A stretch of DNA of 64,000 nt, taken from positions 608,001 to 672,000 of the forward strand of contig CAWGMQ010000010.1 in the NCBI GenBank assembly GCA_963823665.1, in the 5' to 3' direction. Position 1 is the stretch's first letter. Each line of letters starts with the position of its first letter. The translations under genes and the position numbers were made by a program. This document shows, piece by piece, positions 31,786 through 42,839 of the stretch. Source of the stretch: an uncultured Planctomycetota bacterium (GTDB taxonomy: Bacteria; Planctomycetota; Planctomycetia; Isosphaerales; Isosphaeraceae). The notes under the pieces were generated by a model. That model made no database searches. It was not told where the DNA came from and was given only the letters and a program-made list of their open reading frames with translations.

Positions 31786-31918
31786 TTCGCAGGCTTGGGT
31801 CACGAGGAGATCGCGGCGTCCCTCGGCATCACAGTCTACCTCGCTCGCCAGAAGTGGACTTACGCCCGTGCCTGGCTCGGCGATGTCTTGGGCGCCTGAT
31901 CCGTTCTTCGGGTAAGAT
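31786..31918 (+). pseudogene. ECF sigma factor region-4 remnant (TIGR02999-like); includes copy B of the 72-bp repeat
   Basis: FAGLGHEEIAASLGITVYLARQKWTYARAWLGDVLGA* (31786-31899), no upstream sigma region 2. Confidence 0.8.
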
Positions 31919-31974
31919 GAACGGGACGACCGTTCACGGCGCAGGGAAGCGCAAATCCGAGCCGGAAGCGAGGT

Positions 31975-32725
31975 AAAAGTGTCAGGAACCGTTTCCCAGT
32001 TTTTTGGGCCGCCCGCGCGGACGGATCGTTGATTCCAGACCCAGTTGCCGCACGGTATGGTCCGTCCACGTCTCGTCGCCAAACGGACTGCATCGCTGCA
32101 TGCTCACGCGTACTGCCTTGAGCTCGGCTTCCGTCTGAGCCGCATTCACATGTTCAACCCAGTTCGACTTGCGCGACAATGGCCACGCGGCGAGCAGCTC
32201 CTTGTCTTCGGCCGAGCCGCGCAGCCAGCGATAGAGGCTGCTCCAGCGCCACTGCTCGGCACGACGCGCGAGGTTCGCACGCACCGCATTCCGCTCCACA
32301 TAGCGTGCGACCATGTAAAAATGCTCGTCCTCCTGAATCGGAAACGACTTGAACCGCCCCTGGTACACGTGCCCCGAACCCGTCGTACCGCGATGCGCGT
32401 GCCAGCGCTGGGTGTGCGTGAGCGTTAGCCAACCGGCGAACTGAGATAACTCCCCATCCTCCTTCGGCCAGACCACGAGGTGCCAGTGGTTCGGCATCAA
32501 GCAATAAGCCAGCAACCGCATGCCCGTCCGCGCAACAGCTTCCCGCAACACCTCCTCGAATGCCTCGTAGTCCCCGCTATCCTCAAAAATCGTCATCCGC
32601 GCATTCGCGCGGTTGAGCACATGATAGACATATCCCCCCTCGGCGGCTCGATGTGGTCTTCCCATGCCGGCCTAGAATACCCGTACCATGCTAAGATGTC
32701 AATTAACGGTTCCTGACACCTTTTT
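31975..32725 (-). mobile_element. RAYT/Y1 (HUH) transposase element with terminal inverted repeats; CDS 31982-32665
   Basis: YHVLNR, YCLMPNHWH (HUH), QGRFKS, RYVERN, WRWSS. Perfect 15-bp IR gtgtcaggaaccgtt (31979-31993) / aacggttcctgacac (32705-32719). Confidence 0.9.
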
Positions 32726-32862
32726 GCGGGGGCTGGATTTCGAGAACGGCGCGGCGTATCGTCTAGGACGATGGATGAAGAATGACTGGACGGGTTCGGG
32801 GTTGATCGGGCTCTCATTCATCCGCGGACCTTGCGACTTCGGCCTCTCACGGGGGGCTTGTC

Positions 32863-35800
32863 ATGGTGTGTCGGGCGTCGATGCGTTGTGGTGCACCGCT
32901 GGCCACTCTGGCCTGGGCGATTCTCGCGCTCACCGTCACTGAAGGCTGCCATCGTGCCGCGGCACCGCTAGGCCAGGAGTGGGTTGGCAAGCGCGTCGTC
33001 GTCAAGATCGGCGCCGCGCTGAGAGTAGCCAACCCCGGCGGCGGCAACGACAATATCGAAAATGCCGCGACGCGAAGCCCGGGCGGCCTCGAGTGCATCC
33101 AGCGCGTCGAGCGGGTCCGCGGTCGCTGGCTCGAACTCAGGGCCGAATTCAGCGGCGCCGCGGGCTGGGCGACCGCCGACTCGGTTGTTCCGCTTGACCA
33201 CGCAATCGATTACTTCACAAACGAGTTGCGAGCCAATCCCAATAACACGGCATGCTATCTTGCCCGGGCCCAGATCTGGCTCGACAGGAACGACCACGAC
33301 AAGTCCATCGCCGACTTCGGCGACGCCATCAGGCTCGACCCCAAGAACGCATCCGCCCACGGTGGCCGCGGTGCGGCCTGGTATACCAGGAAGGAGTACG
33401 ACAAGGCGATCGCCGACTGGAGCGACGCGATCCGGTTCGACGCCCGGGATGCATTTGCCTACGCCGGCCGGGCCGCCGCCAGGGACAAGATTGAAGATCA
33501 CGAGAACGCGATCGCCGACTTCGACGAGGCGCTTCGACTCGCGCCAACGTATGCTCGGGCCTACATCGGCCGCGGATTGGCCTGGTACACCCGAAAAGAT
33601 TACGACAAGGCCATCGCCGACTTTGGCCAGGCCATCCGGCTCGAACCGACAGACGCAATGGCCTTCAACAACCGCGGCAATGCTTGGTGCAAGAAAGAAG
33701 AATTTGATAAAGGCATCGCGGACTACGGCGAAGCCATCCGCCTCAACCCCAACGACGGACCGGCCTACTTCAACCGCGGCAAGGCATGGCACACGAGAAA
33801 CGAATACGACAAGGCAATCGCCGACTTCGGGGAATACATCCGGCTCGACCCCAACAACGCAGTGGCCTTTAACTCCCGCGGCCTGGCCCGGTCCGCCAAA
33901 AAAGAATACGACAAGGCGATCGCCGACTTCGGCCAGGCCATCCGGCTCGAACCCAGCTTTGCACCCGCCTTCCACAACCGCGGCAGTGCTTTGTACATCA
34001 AAGCGGAATACGATAAAGCGATCGCCGATTACGCCGAAGCCATCCGCCTCAACCCCAAAGACGCAGAAGCCTACCTCAACCGCGCCAACGCGTGGCAAAA
34101 GAAAAACGATTTGGACAAGGCGATAGCCGACTTAGGCGAAGCGATCCAGCTCGTACCCAAGTACGCTGCGGCCTTCTGCTCCCGCGGAGTGGCCTGGTAC
34201 TCCAAGAAAGAGTACGACGAGGCACTTGCCGACCTGGGCGAAGCCATCCGGCTCGAACCCCGCTACGCAATGGCCTTCGACAACCGCGCGAATGTTTGGT
34301 TTAGCAAACACGAATACGATAAAGCCATCGCCGACTACAGCGAAGTCATCCGATTCAACCCCGAATACGCACCGGCCTACCTCAACCGCGGCAACGCCTG
34401 GGAAAAGAGGAACGAACACGACAAGGCAATCGCCGACTTCAGCGAAGCCATCCGGCTCGAGCCCAGATACCCAATGGCCGTCAACTCCCGCGGCATGGCC
34501 TGGTACCTCAAGAAAGACTACGACAAGGCCATCGCCGACTTCAGCGCATCCATCCGACTCGAACCCGGCTCCGCATGGGCCTACAACGCCCGTGGCAACA
34601 TCTGGGCCACCAAGGCCGATTACGACAAGGCGATCGCCGACTACGACGAAGCAATCCGGCTCAACCCCGAACACTCACCGGCGTACGGCAACCGCGGCTA
34701 TGCCTGGGCCGCGAAGAAGGTCTACAACAAGGCAATTACCGACTTCGATCACGTCATTCGGCTCAGTCCAAAGGACGAGAAGGCCTACCTCAACCGCGGC
34801 GCCGCCTGGGCCGGGAAGAAGCTCTACGACAAGGCGATCGCCGACTACGATCACGTCATTCGCCTCGATCCAAAGAACGCAAAGGCTTACCAAAACCGCG
34901 GCGACGCTTGGACCGCCAAGAGGCAATATCACTGGGCGATCGCCGACTACGGCCGCGCCATCCGGCTCAAGCCCGACGACGAATTGGCCTACTTCAACCG
35001 TGGCAATGCCTGGGCCGCCTTGCTTGACAACGACAAGGCGATCACCGACTACAACGAGGCCATTCGCCTGGACCCGAAGTACGCATCGGCCTATTCCCGC
35101 CGCGCCACTGCAATGGTTCTCAAGAAAGAGCTCGACAAGGCCATTTCGGACTACACGGAGGCCCTCCGCCTCCGTCCCAATCGCGCGCGGTCCTACTTTG
35201 ACCGTAGCGTGATCTGGCTGGCCAAAGGGGAATATGACAAGGCCATCGCCGACTTCAGCGAAGCCATTCGGCTCGACCCCGAAGACGCCGGGGCCTACGC
35301 CAACCGCGGCAACGCCTGGGCTGCCAAGAAGCAGTACGACAAGGCAATCGCTGACTATGATCACAGCATTCGACTCGATCCAAAGACGACACACGCCCAC
35401 ATCGGCCGCGGCGTCGCTTGGACCTTCACGAAACAGTATGACAAGGCCCTCGCCGACTTCGGCGAAGCTATCCGGATCGACCCCACAAACGCAAATGCCT
35501 TCTCCGATCGCGGCCGGGTGTGGTTCTTGAAGAAGGCATACGATACGGCGATCGCCGACTTCAATGAGGCCATCCGGCTCAACCCCGGAAAGGCAGCCGC
35601 CTACGCCAACCGGGGAGACGCCTACTCGGCCAAGAAACAGTTCGATAAGGCGATCGCCGATTACGATAAGTCGATCCGGCTCGAGCCCGGCCGCCCCCAT
35701 GCCGTTTGCAATCGTGCCGTCACCCAGATGATCCTGCACCGCCGCGAGGCCGTCGCTGGCTTCAAGGCGGTCCTTGTCCTCGAAGGCACCGAAGGTGAAC

Positions 35801-36159
35801 ATTTTGCGCACGCCCTCATCCTCGGCCACTTCGCTGCGCGGCGGGCTGGTAACGATGCGGAAGCCAAGGCATTCCTGGACGTCGCGCCGGCCAGGCTGAA
35901 CGCCAAGACATGGCCTTATCCGCTCGTCAAGCTCCTCCGCGGCGAGCTCGACGAGCAGACGCTTTTGGAATCCGCAGTCGACGACGACCAAAAGTCCGAC
36001 GCCCGGTGCGTTCTCGGACTGAACAACGCGCTCCTGGGTCACAACGACGAGGCACTCCTGCACCTCCGCTGGGTCAGAGACCACGGCAGTCCCGCGCGGG
36101 CCGGATACACCTGCGCCCTCGCTGAGCTCGATCGACTCGAGAAGCCAGTCTCACCGTAA
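32863..36159 (+). CDS. secreted large TPR protein (~24 tandem TPRs, NlpI-like C-terminus)
   Basis: 34-aa periodicity (A..NRG.AW..K.EYDKAIADF.EAIRL.P); C-terminal WPYPLVKLLRG. Confidence 0.9.
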   Translation: MVCRASMRCGAPLATLAWAILALTVTEGCHRAAAPLGQEWVGKRVVVKIGAALRVANPGGGNDNIENAATRSPGGLECIQRVERVRGRWLELRAEFSGAAGWATADSVVPLDHAIDYFTNELRANPNNTACYLARAQIWLDRNDHDKSIADFGDAIRLDPKNASAHGGRGAAWYTRKEYDKAIADWSDAIRFDARDAFAYAGRAAARDKIEDHENAIADFDEALRLAPTYARAYIGRGLAWYTRKDYDKAIADFGQAIRLEPTDAMAFNNRGNAWCKKEEFDKGIADYGEAIRLNPNDGPAYFNRGKAWHTRNEYDKAIADFGEYIRLDPNNAVAFNSRGLARSAKKEYDKAIADFGQAIRLEPSFAPAFHNRGSALYIKAEYDKAIADYAEAIRLNPKDAEAYLNRANAWQKKNDLDKAIADLGEAIQLVPKYAAAFCSRGVAWYSKKEYDEALADLGEAIRLEPRYAMAFDNRANVWFSKHEYDKAIADYSEVIRFNPEYAPAYLNRGNAWEKRNEHDKAIADFSEAIRLEPRYPMAVNSRGMAWYLKKDYDKAIADFSASIRLEPGSAWAYNARGNIWATKADYDKAIADYDEAIRLNPEHSPAYGNRGYAWAAKKVYNKAITDFDHVIRLSPKDEKAYLNRGAAWAGKKLYDKAIADYDHVIRLDPKNAKAYQNRGDAWTAKRQYHWAIADYGRAIRLKPDDELAYFNRGNAWAALLDNDKAITDYNEAIRLDPKYASAYSRRATAMVLKKELDKAISDYTEALRLRPNRARSYFDRSVIWLAKGEYDKAIADFSEAIRLDPEDAGAYANRGNAWAAKKQYDKAIADYDHSIRLDPKTTHAHIGRGVAWTFTKQYDKALADFGEAIRIDPTNANAFSDRGRVWFLKKAYDTAIADFNEAIRLNPGKAAAYANRGDAYSAKKQFDKAIADYDKSIRLEPGRPHAVCNRAVTQMILHRREAVAGFKAVLVLEGTEGEHFAHALILGHFAARRAGNDAEAKAFLDVAPARLNAKTWPYPLVKLLRGELDEQTLLESAVDDDQKSDARCVLGLNNALLGHNDEALLHLRWVRDHGSPARAGYTCALAELDRLEKPVSP

Positions 36160-36176
36160 GAACATGCCTCGATTCG

Positions 36177-36725
36177 TCAATCCCCGCGGTTTGCGTGACG
36201 ATCCGCCGCGTCGCGATGGCGAACGTTCCATGCCCCGGAGCGCTTGCCACCGGTGTGTCCGCGCCAGCCCCGAGCGAGGGCTCGTGAATGCCGATGCATG
36301 CCGCCACGAGCCCCACTACCGAAGATCGATCGCTCCGCCGACACCCGCTGCGCGGCTCGCGCACGAGACGCCGCACGGCCGTGATGCGCGTGACGCCAAT
36401 TTCCGCCGTGCCGTCCCGCAACTGCGAACCGTCCGTGGCCACCGCGCTCGGACACCACGCGATGATGCCCGTGTTCGTGCCGGCCGATACCCGCGTGCCG
36501 TCCGCCTACACCGTGCTTTCTCTCGCCGTGATACCGGCCTCGCGCATGATGATGCCCCTTGCCGTGAAGTTTGCCTCCACCGTGATGTCCTCGTACGCTG
36601 TGATCTCCACTCCCGCTTTGATCGCCGTCCGCTGCATGGGCAACTGTAGTGGGTAAAGCAATCATTGCTAGCACAAAGGCCAAAGCCCGGACCGTCCTGA
36701 ACAGGTTGTGTGTGAACTGGCGCAT
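36177..36725 (-). CDS. secreted His/Gly/Arg-rich low-complexity protein
   Basis: GGAGG RBS, signal peptide ending AHA, more than 20 His in the mature part. Confidence 0.6.
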   Translation of the reverse strand: MRQFTHNLFRTVRALAFVLAMIALPTTVAHAADGDQSGSGDHSVRGHHGGGKLHGKGHHHARGRYHGERKHGVGGRHAGIGRHEHGHHRVVSERGGHGRFAVAGRHGGNWRHAHHGRAASRARAAQRVSAERSIFGSGARGGMHRHSRALARGWRGHTGGKRSGAWNVRHRDAADRHANRGD

Positions 36726-36957
36726 CGCCGGCATCCTCCGAAGATTCGCATCGCCATCGATCTCTCTAGTGGTCCCCCGATATCTTTGATACGTCCGCGG
36801 AAACACGAAGGTTTCGAGCGACCGCACGACTTCGCCAACTCCCCAGCCGCGCAGCGGCGACATCGTGAAGCCCGGCGTGCACGCCGCGGGTGGAACGCGG
36901 CGTCATCATCGAGCCCGGAGAGCCAACCGCGGCAATCCAGCGCCCTCGCCTCGCGCC

Positions 36958-38232
36958 TCAGCGCGCGCGCTTCACGGCCCCCGGCACGAACGGCACCTCA
37001 ATGCGGTCCGGCGTCACTCGCTTCGTGATCGGCGTGGTCAGGTCAACTTCGAACGGTGACGCCACGCTATTGCCGGCGACGTCCTCCAGCTCGCTCCCGA
37101 CCACCAGCCGGTACGATTCGAGTCGCCACGAATCCCGTGGAACGAACCGCCAGACTGTTTCCGCTTCGGCGATCGAAATCGAGCCGGCAACCTCGCGCCC
37201 TTCTCCGTCGAGTACGCGAACGAGCCGCTCGAGCAGCGCCCGATCCAGCGCCTCCGGAAAGCGAGCTTCGAGCGCATCACGGCTGTCGGCCCGCGGAGCC
37301 GAGACCGACCACTTCCTCGGGTCCGGCATCGACTCATCGGGCGGCCCGGCCCGAAACGTCTGGCGAAAGTCGGATTGAAGCGCATTTCCCGCGGCGTCCG
37401 TCCACGCGCGATCAATAACCAGGCAATACGATTTGCCGGCCTCGAGCACCGGGCCGAACATCTCTCGCGGCTTCAGCCCCCGCTTGATCCTTCCCGGGTC
37501 GATGAAAAGCGTGAATCGCTTGCCATCCGGCGACCACAGCTCTTCCTCGAGCTCGAGAAATGGGGCATGCACGGGCTTGCCGGTCGCCGTGTCAATCAGT
37601 TTGAGACGGCGATAAGCCTCGCCTCGGCCCATCGGTGCAGAGAAGTGAATGTAGAACCGCAGCACGTTTTCGGGCAGCGCCGTGCCCGACGGATAAACGG
37701 CTGCCACTTTTGTTGGAGGTGAATCCTCCCCCTTCGGCTGGAAAAAATCCGCGGTGATCGTGCGAGGCGGCCGCCCTGGCTTGGGGATCGACGCACCCGG
37801 ATCAAGCTCCTTGACCGCAGCTTGCATCCGCTCGGAGTCAAAATCCGCGCGATAGCGGATACCCCGCTCGAGCGGGAACCGTGGGATGAACCGAATCACC
37901 GTTCCGCGAACCTCGTACGCCCCACAAGCCCGGGGCTTTCGGGTCGCGCGCTCGGTCGTCGTTCATCACCCGGACGGCGAAAAACGATCGCCAATGATCG
38001 GCCGTCACTCGTTCCGATTTGAGGACTTCAAGCGCACCGACTCCGGCGTACCCGTGACCTTGACCGTCGATTTACCTGTCTTCAATTCGGCGGGGCTTTC
38101 CCAGCATATCGAGATCGGAAGCGGGGGCGAAGTCTTCTCGTCATCGAGTGACCGACCTCGCTCAGAAAGCGCAATTACCTCGCCTGGGGCGGCAACGCGC
38201 CAGGAGCGCCGCCACCCCGCAAGCGAGGACAT
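36958..38232 (-). CDS. hypothetical Ig-like/beta-sandwich protein (frameshifted N-terminus)
   Basis: FIPRFPL, VYPSG..LPENVLRFYIHFSAPM, ELWSPDGKRFTLFIDPGRIKRGL, LEDVAGN. Confidence 0.6.
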
Positions 38233-38256
38233 TCAACCGGTTGAGACGCCCAGCGA

Positions 38257-39380
38257 TCACGGCAACTCGATCGTGTCGAGATTGAGCGACCCGTCAGACG
38301 CCGCCTTCGCCAGAACCACGGCATGCGTCTTGTCGAGCTGGTCCATCTGCTCCACGCCCTTGAGGCTCTCGATCGTCTCGTACCCGAGCCCCTTCTTGCC
38401 GCCGCCGGTGACTGGAGCCGTGATCCCGGCGCTTCTCCCGCGCCGGCCGTCGGGATCTTCATCACGCCCCGCTTGCTGTTGGTCATGAGCAGATAGTCCT
38501 TGCCGTCCTTCTGATACATGATCATGTCGAGCGGCTGATTGCCATTTCCCAGCTCGGCGATCGTGGTCCCCTTCACGTGCGCACCCGCTTTCAGCTCCGA
38601 GACCGGAACTTTCACGAGCGGCGTGCAGGTGTACGCGGCCAGCATATAGGGCTCGTTGCCGATGCGATACGTCACGAACGTGCGGATCGGCGACTTGGTC
38701 TCGAACCGCCCGTGCGCACCGTGATAGATCTCAATCGCCGCCCCGTCGATCCCCTCGCTGCTGAAGGGATACGGAATTGAGATCAATCGCGAAGAGAATT
38801 CTTCGTTCGACAGGCCCGCGACAAACACCCGGCCGTCCGAATAGGCCAGGTCCGTGATCGACTGGCTGCGCGGGCTCGGTCCGCGAGCACTCGTGGCTTT
38901 CGCGTCCGGCGCATTCGGAATCTCGACCTTGGAAAACGGAACGTTCTCGAGCGAAACCTCCTCGATTTTCCCGTCCGCCTTGACCCGAGCCAGCAGCGGA
39001 GATGCATCCGGCCCGCGGCCGCGCGAGACGGCCAGGTACACATTTCCAGAACGCGGGTTCACAGCCAGATCGTTGATCGTGAGCTGCTGCGGTGTGGTAC
39101 CAACGTTCTTGGCGATCGTGCCGGAAACATCTTTCACCTCGACTCGGCCCTTCTCCGCGGCTTCCGTCTTGTCGCCCGTGTCGATCGCGAAAATCGCCGC
39201 ACCCGCCGTGTCACCGATGAACAGGATGCCGTCCGGGCCGAAGGCGAGCTTGTCGATCGACTTCAAATCCGGCTTGCCTTCCTTTAAACCGCCAGCTCGC
39301 TCCGCGCCGGAGGCCACCGGCACCATCATGCATAATCCGAGCAGAGCCAACGCAAATTTGCGAAATCGATTCGCGGGCAT
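38257..39380 (-). CDS. hypothetical secreted beta-propeller-like protein (frameshift ~38420)
   Basis: Signal peptide, LAFGPDGILF, GLSNEEFSS, EIYHGAHG, AAYTCTPLV; ends NLDTIELP*. Confidence 0.7.
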
Positions 39381-39620
39381 GTCCGATGCTCCTTTGATGT
39401 TGAACCACCCGACTCAAATCGCACGACTCGAAACCGCATTATCGCCGGGTAAGGTGAGGAATCAACGCTTCAGTCGCGAAACTTTCGCGAATTCCCCTGG
39501 TAAAACCGTGCACGCGAGCAGGCATCGACCGCTGCGGCCGTACCATCCGCGCAGACGCCATACACTAATAAGCGACAAGGCCGAATCTTGCGCCGCCGCG
39601 CTTGCAGCCCTCACCGCTTT

Positions 39621-40933
39621 CTACGACGCACAAAGCCGATGCCCGCCATCGGTGCGAACGTCCACGCCGTTTTCGAGCAGGAACTCCAGGCACCGCTGTG
39701 GCAGCCGGCACGAGAGCCGCACGCGATCGTCGTCGCTATACACTCTGTCCGCGAATCTGACCGTGCTGGGCAAGATAGGCGAGAACCCGGCCGTTGGCGA
39801 CGCCCGTCTCCACAAACGCATCCAGCGATCGCTCCTCGAGCGCGTTCCGGACCGCCTCTTCCAGCCGATCGAGCCCCTCGCCCCTTGCGGCACTGATGGC
39901 GACCGACCGCGAATGATGCGCTTCGAGTACGTCCAGGTACGACCGATCGGGCACTCGATCGGTCTTGTTCAGCACCAGCAGGGTCGGATGCTCTTCCAGC
40001 CCCAGCTCCGCGAGCACGGACTTGACGGCCTGGATCTGCGACTCGGCCTCGATGCTCGACGCATCAACAACGTGCAAAAGAAGATCGGCCTGCCGCGCCT
40101 CCTCGAGAGTCGCCTTGAACGAAGCAACCAACGCATGCGGCAAGTCACGGATGAACCCGACCGTGTCGGAGAGCAGGGCATAACCCCCTCCGGCAAATCG
40201 CCAGCGACGCGTGCGGCGTGTCGAGAGTCGCGAACAGCTTGTCTTCCACCAGCACGCCCGCCTCGGTGAGCGCATTCATCAGCGTGCTCTTGCCGGCGTT
40301 GGTGTATCCGACCAGCGAAACCGTCGGCACCGCGTCGCGGCTCGCGACCTCGCGCTCCTTCCGCGCCTGGATCTTCTGCAGTTTCGCCTTCAGCTCCTGA
40401 ATCCGGTGCGAGACAATTCGCCGGTCTTCCTCGAGCTGCTTTTCGCCAGGACCGCGCAGACCGATGCCGCCTTTGTACCGTGAAAGGTGCGTCCACATTC
40501 GCTTCAGCCGCGGCATCGCGTATTCAAGCTGAGCGAGCTCGACCTGCAGATGGGCCTCATGGGTTCGCGCGTGCGTCGCGAAGATGTCGAGGATCACCTC
40601 GGTCCGATCGACAACCTTCACCTCGAGCTTTTTCTCGAGGTTGCGAGTCTGCGCCGGCCCGAGGTCGTTGTCGAAAACGACGACATCCGCCTCGTGCGCA
40701 TCGACGAGCAGCTTGAGCTCCTCGACCTTGCCCGAGCCGATGTATGTCGCGATATCAATCTGGTGCCGCTTCTGCAGCATCTCGCCGACCACGTTCAGAT
40801 CGGCTGTCTTGGCCAACCCACGCAACTCTTCGAGCGGATCGTCGGGTGTCGTATCGGTGCGAGGCAGGATCACACCGACGAGAATGGCACGTTCTTGACG
40901 TCCGAGCCGCTCGATGCGTTTTGTATCGATCAA
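39621..40933 (-). CDS. hflX: ribosome-splitting GTPase HflX (frameshifts ~40210, ~39750)
   Basis: ILDIFA, QVELAQL, GPGEKQLE, GYTNAGKS, LFATLD, SDTVGFI, NKTD. Confidence 0.95.
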
Positions 40934-41187
40934 GGGGGAAATTGACCTCGCTGCCATAGACGGATTGAGAATGCCCGACCGGGCCACGTCACACCTGAAT
41001 TCTAAGTCGTCGACGGAATCCCGTCAACGACAGGACCGCAGTTTAAACAACTGTTCGGACAAACGGGTGACACGGGTGACACGGAATCACTTGATTGGGA
41101 CACAATCCTCCGCATCCAGGTTCGCGGGTGCCGATTCGGCAGCGTTCGATTCACGTGCCTCGTCAAATGCTTCGAGCGTACCGCGTC

Positions 41188-42124
41188 TCAACTGATCAAG
41201 ACCTTGCGCGGCTGGAGCCTTTTCTGCTCGAAATCCGGCTCGCCCAGGGCCACCAGCCGCGAGTTTCCATCCACCAGAGCCAACAAAGCTCCCCCCTCAT
41301 CCACCGGGCCGATGTGATCCGGCAACGCGATCGTCTGGCCGTGCGCTGACCGCCTCGATTTGAGCGTCGTCAATGAGCAGCCTTCGCAGATGAGCGACCG
41401 CCTCCAGCGGCGGACGGATCACCGCGGCGATGTTCGCTCGCGATAGCTCTCGCGGGTCGGACGCCTGCTCCTTCGTGAATTGGCCGATCCGCGTGCGGTC
41501 AAGGGCCTCGACCAGGCCTCCGCAGCCGAGCGCCTCTCCCAGGTCGCGCGCGATCGAGCGGATATACGTACCCTTTGAACAGTCAATCTCGAGCTCGAGG
41601 TGCGGCCAGGAATAACCGATCGCCTCGATGCGGTCGATCTGAACCAGTCGCGGGGCGATGTCGACCGATTGGCCCGCGCGGGCCAGATCGTACGCCCGCC
41701 GCCCCTTGATTTTCACCGCCGAATAATCCGGAGGCGTTTGCACGACCCTCCCGACGAGTTTCGACAGCGCTTCCCGCACCTCCGCGAAGGTCGGCACCCG
41801 CGCTGATTCCTCAAGGACGATCGTGCCCAGGGCGTCCTGGGTATCGCTGCGAGCACCGAGCCGGATGACGGTTCTGTACGACTTGCCCAGGTCCTGAATG
41901 ATCTCGATCAGCCTGGTCGCCACGCCGACGCAAACGATCAGGATGCCGCCCGCCAGCGGATCGAGAGTTCCCGCATGCCCCACCTTGACGCGCGGCAGCA
42001 ACTCCGCGACCCGGTCCACCAGCTCACGCGACGTCGGCCCCGTGGGCTTGTCCAGAACGATGATCCCCGCCACCTTCGGCCGTTTTCTACCGGCCTGCAA
42101 TTCATGCTCGGGCTCGACCGCCAT
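41188..42124 (-). CDS. truB: tRNA pseudouridine(55) synthase (frameshift ~41340)
   Basis: LDKP.G.TS, GHAGTLDP, PPDYSAVK, CSKGTYIRSIARDLG. Confidence 0.95.
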
Positions 42125-42260
42125 CGATTGACTCCACCCAAATCGGTGCTTGACGGAAACTCCCGCTCGATTTAGCGTAGCTCCGGTGATCTCTCCGCCG
42201 CCCAAATCGAAACCGCCTTCGCGGCGGGCCGGCCGCCGAATTCTCGACTCTTACAACACG

Positions 42261-42830
42261 ATGCCCATTCTTCCGCCCGAGCCCGACTGCTTTCCCGCTG
42301 ACCTGTGGGATAACGGTGCGTCATCCGGCACAGACGATGGCTCAATCTGGTGGTGTCTGCACACGAAACCCCGCCAGGAAAAGGCCGTCGCCCGCGAGCT
42401 GCGCACCGCGGGGGTCGCCTATTACCTGCCACAGGCTCGGAAGGAAAGCCGCACGCCTCGGGGACGGCGGATCGAGTCGGTTGTTCCTCTCTTTCCCAGC
42501 TATATGTTCCTCAAGGGGCGCCAGCAAGATCGTCTCGTCGCGCTCCGTGGAAACCGGCTCGTGGCCATTCTCGACGTCGCCGATCAGGATGCTTTGGCTC
42601 GAGACCTCAATCAGGTTCACGCGATGATCAAGTCGGGCCTCGTTGTCACGGAAGAGCCCACCGTGCCGATCGGCGCCACCGTGCGAGTCCTGAACGGTCC
42701 GCTCAGAGGCCTCGTCGGCAAGGTGATCAAACGCGCCAACCGGGATCATTTCGCGGCATCCGTGCGATTTCTGGGCCGCAGCGCGACGGTCTTGCTCCAG
42801 CAGTGGCAGGTCGAACGGCTTCCGGAATGA
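42261..42830 (+). CDS. NusG/RfaH/UpxY-like antitermination factor paralog
   Basis: WWCLHTKPRQEK, PLFPSYMF, KOW motif VRVLNGPLRGLVG. Confidence 0.85.
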   Translation: MPILPPEPDCFPADLWDNGASSGTDDGSIWWCLHTKPRQEKAVARELRTAGVAYYLPQARKESRTPRGRRIESVVPLFPSYMFLKGRQQDRLVALRGNRLVAILDVADQDALARDLNQVHAMIKSGLVVTEEPTVPIGATVRVLNGPLRGLVGKVIKRANRDHFAASVRFLGRSATVLLQQWQVERLPE

Positions 42831-42839
42831 CCGCGCATC

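Noticed and set aside
33240..35740. Regular ~102-bp repeats suggesting a CRISPR array
   Set aside because: They are degenerate in-frame TPR codons; there is no repeat-spacer structure and no cas genes.
36838..36935. GC-rich palindromes resembling IS200-associated REP units
   Set aside because: Too degenerate and single-copy in this window to call.
41063..41084. Short direct repeat acgggtgac x2
   Set aside because: Only two 9-bp units; plausible by chance or slippage.
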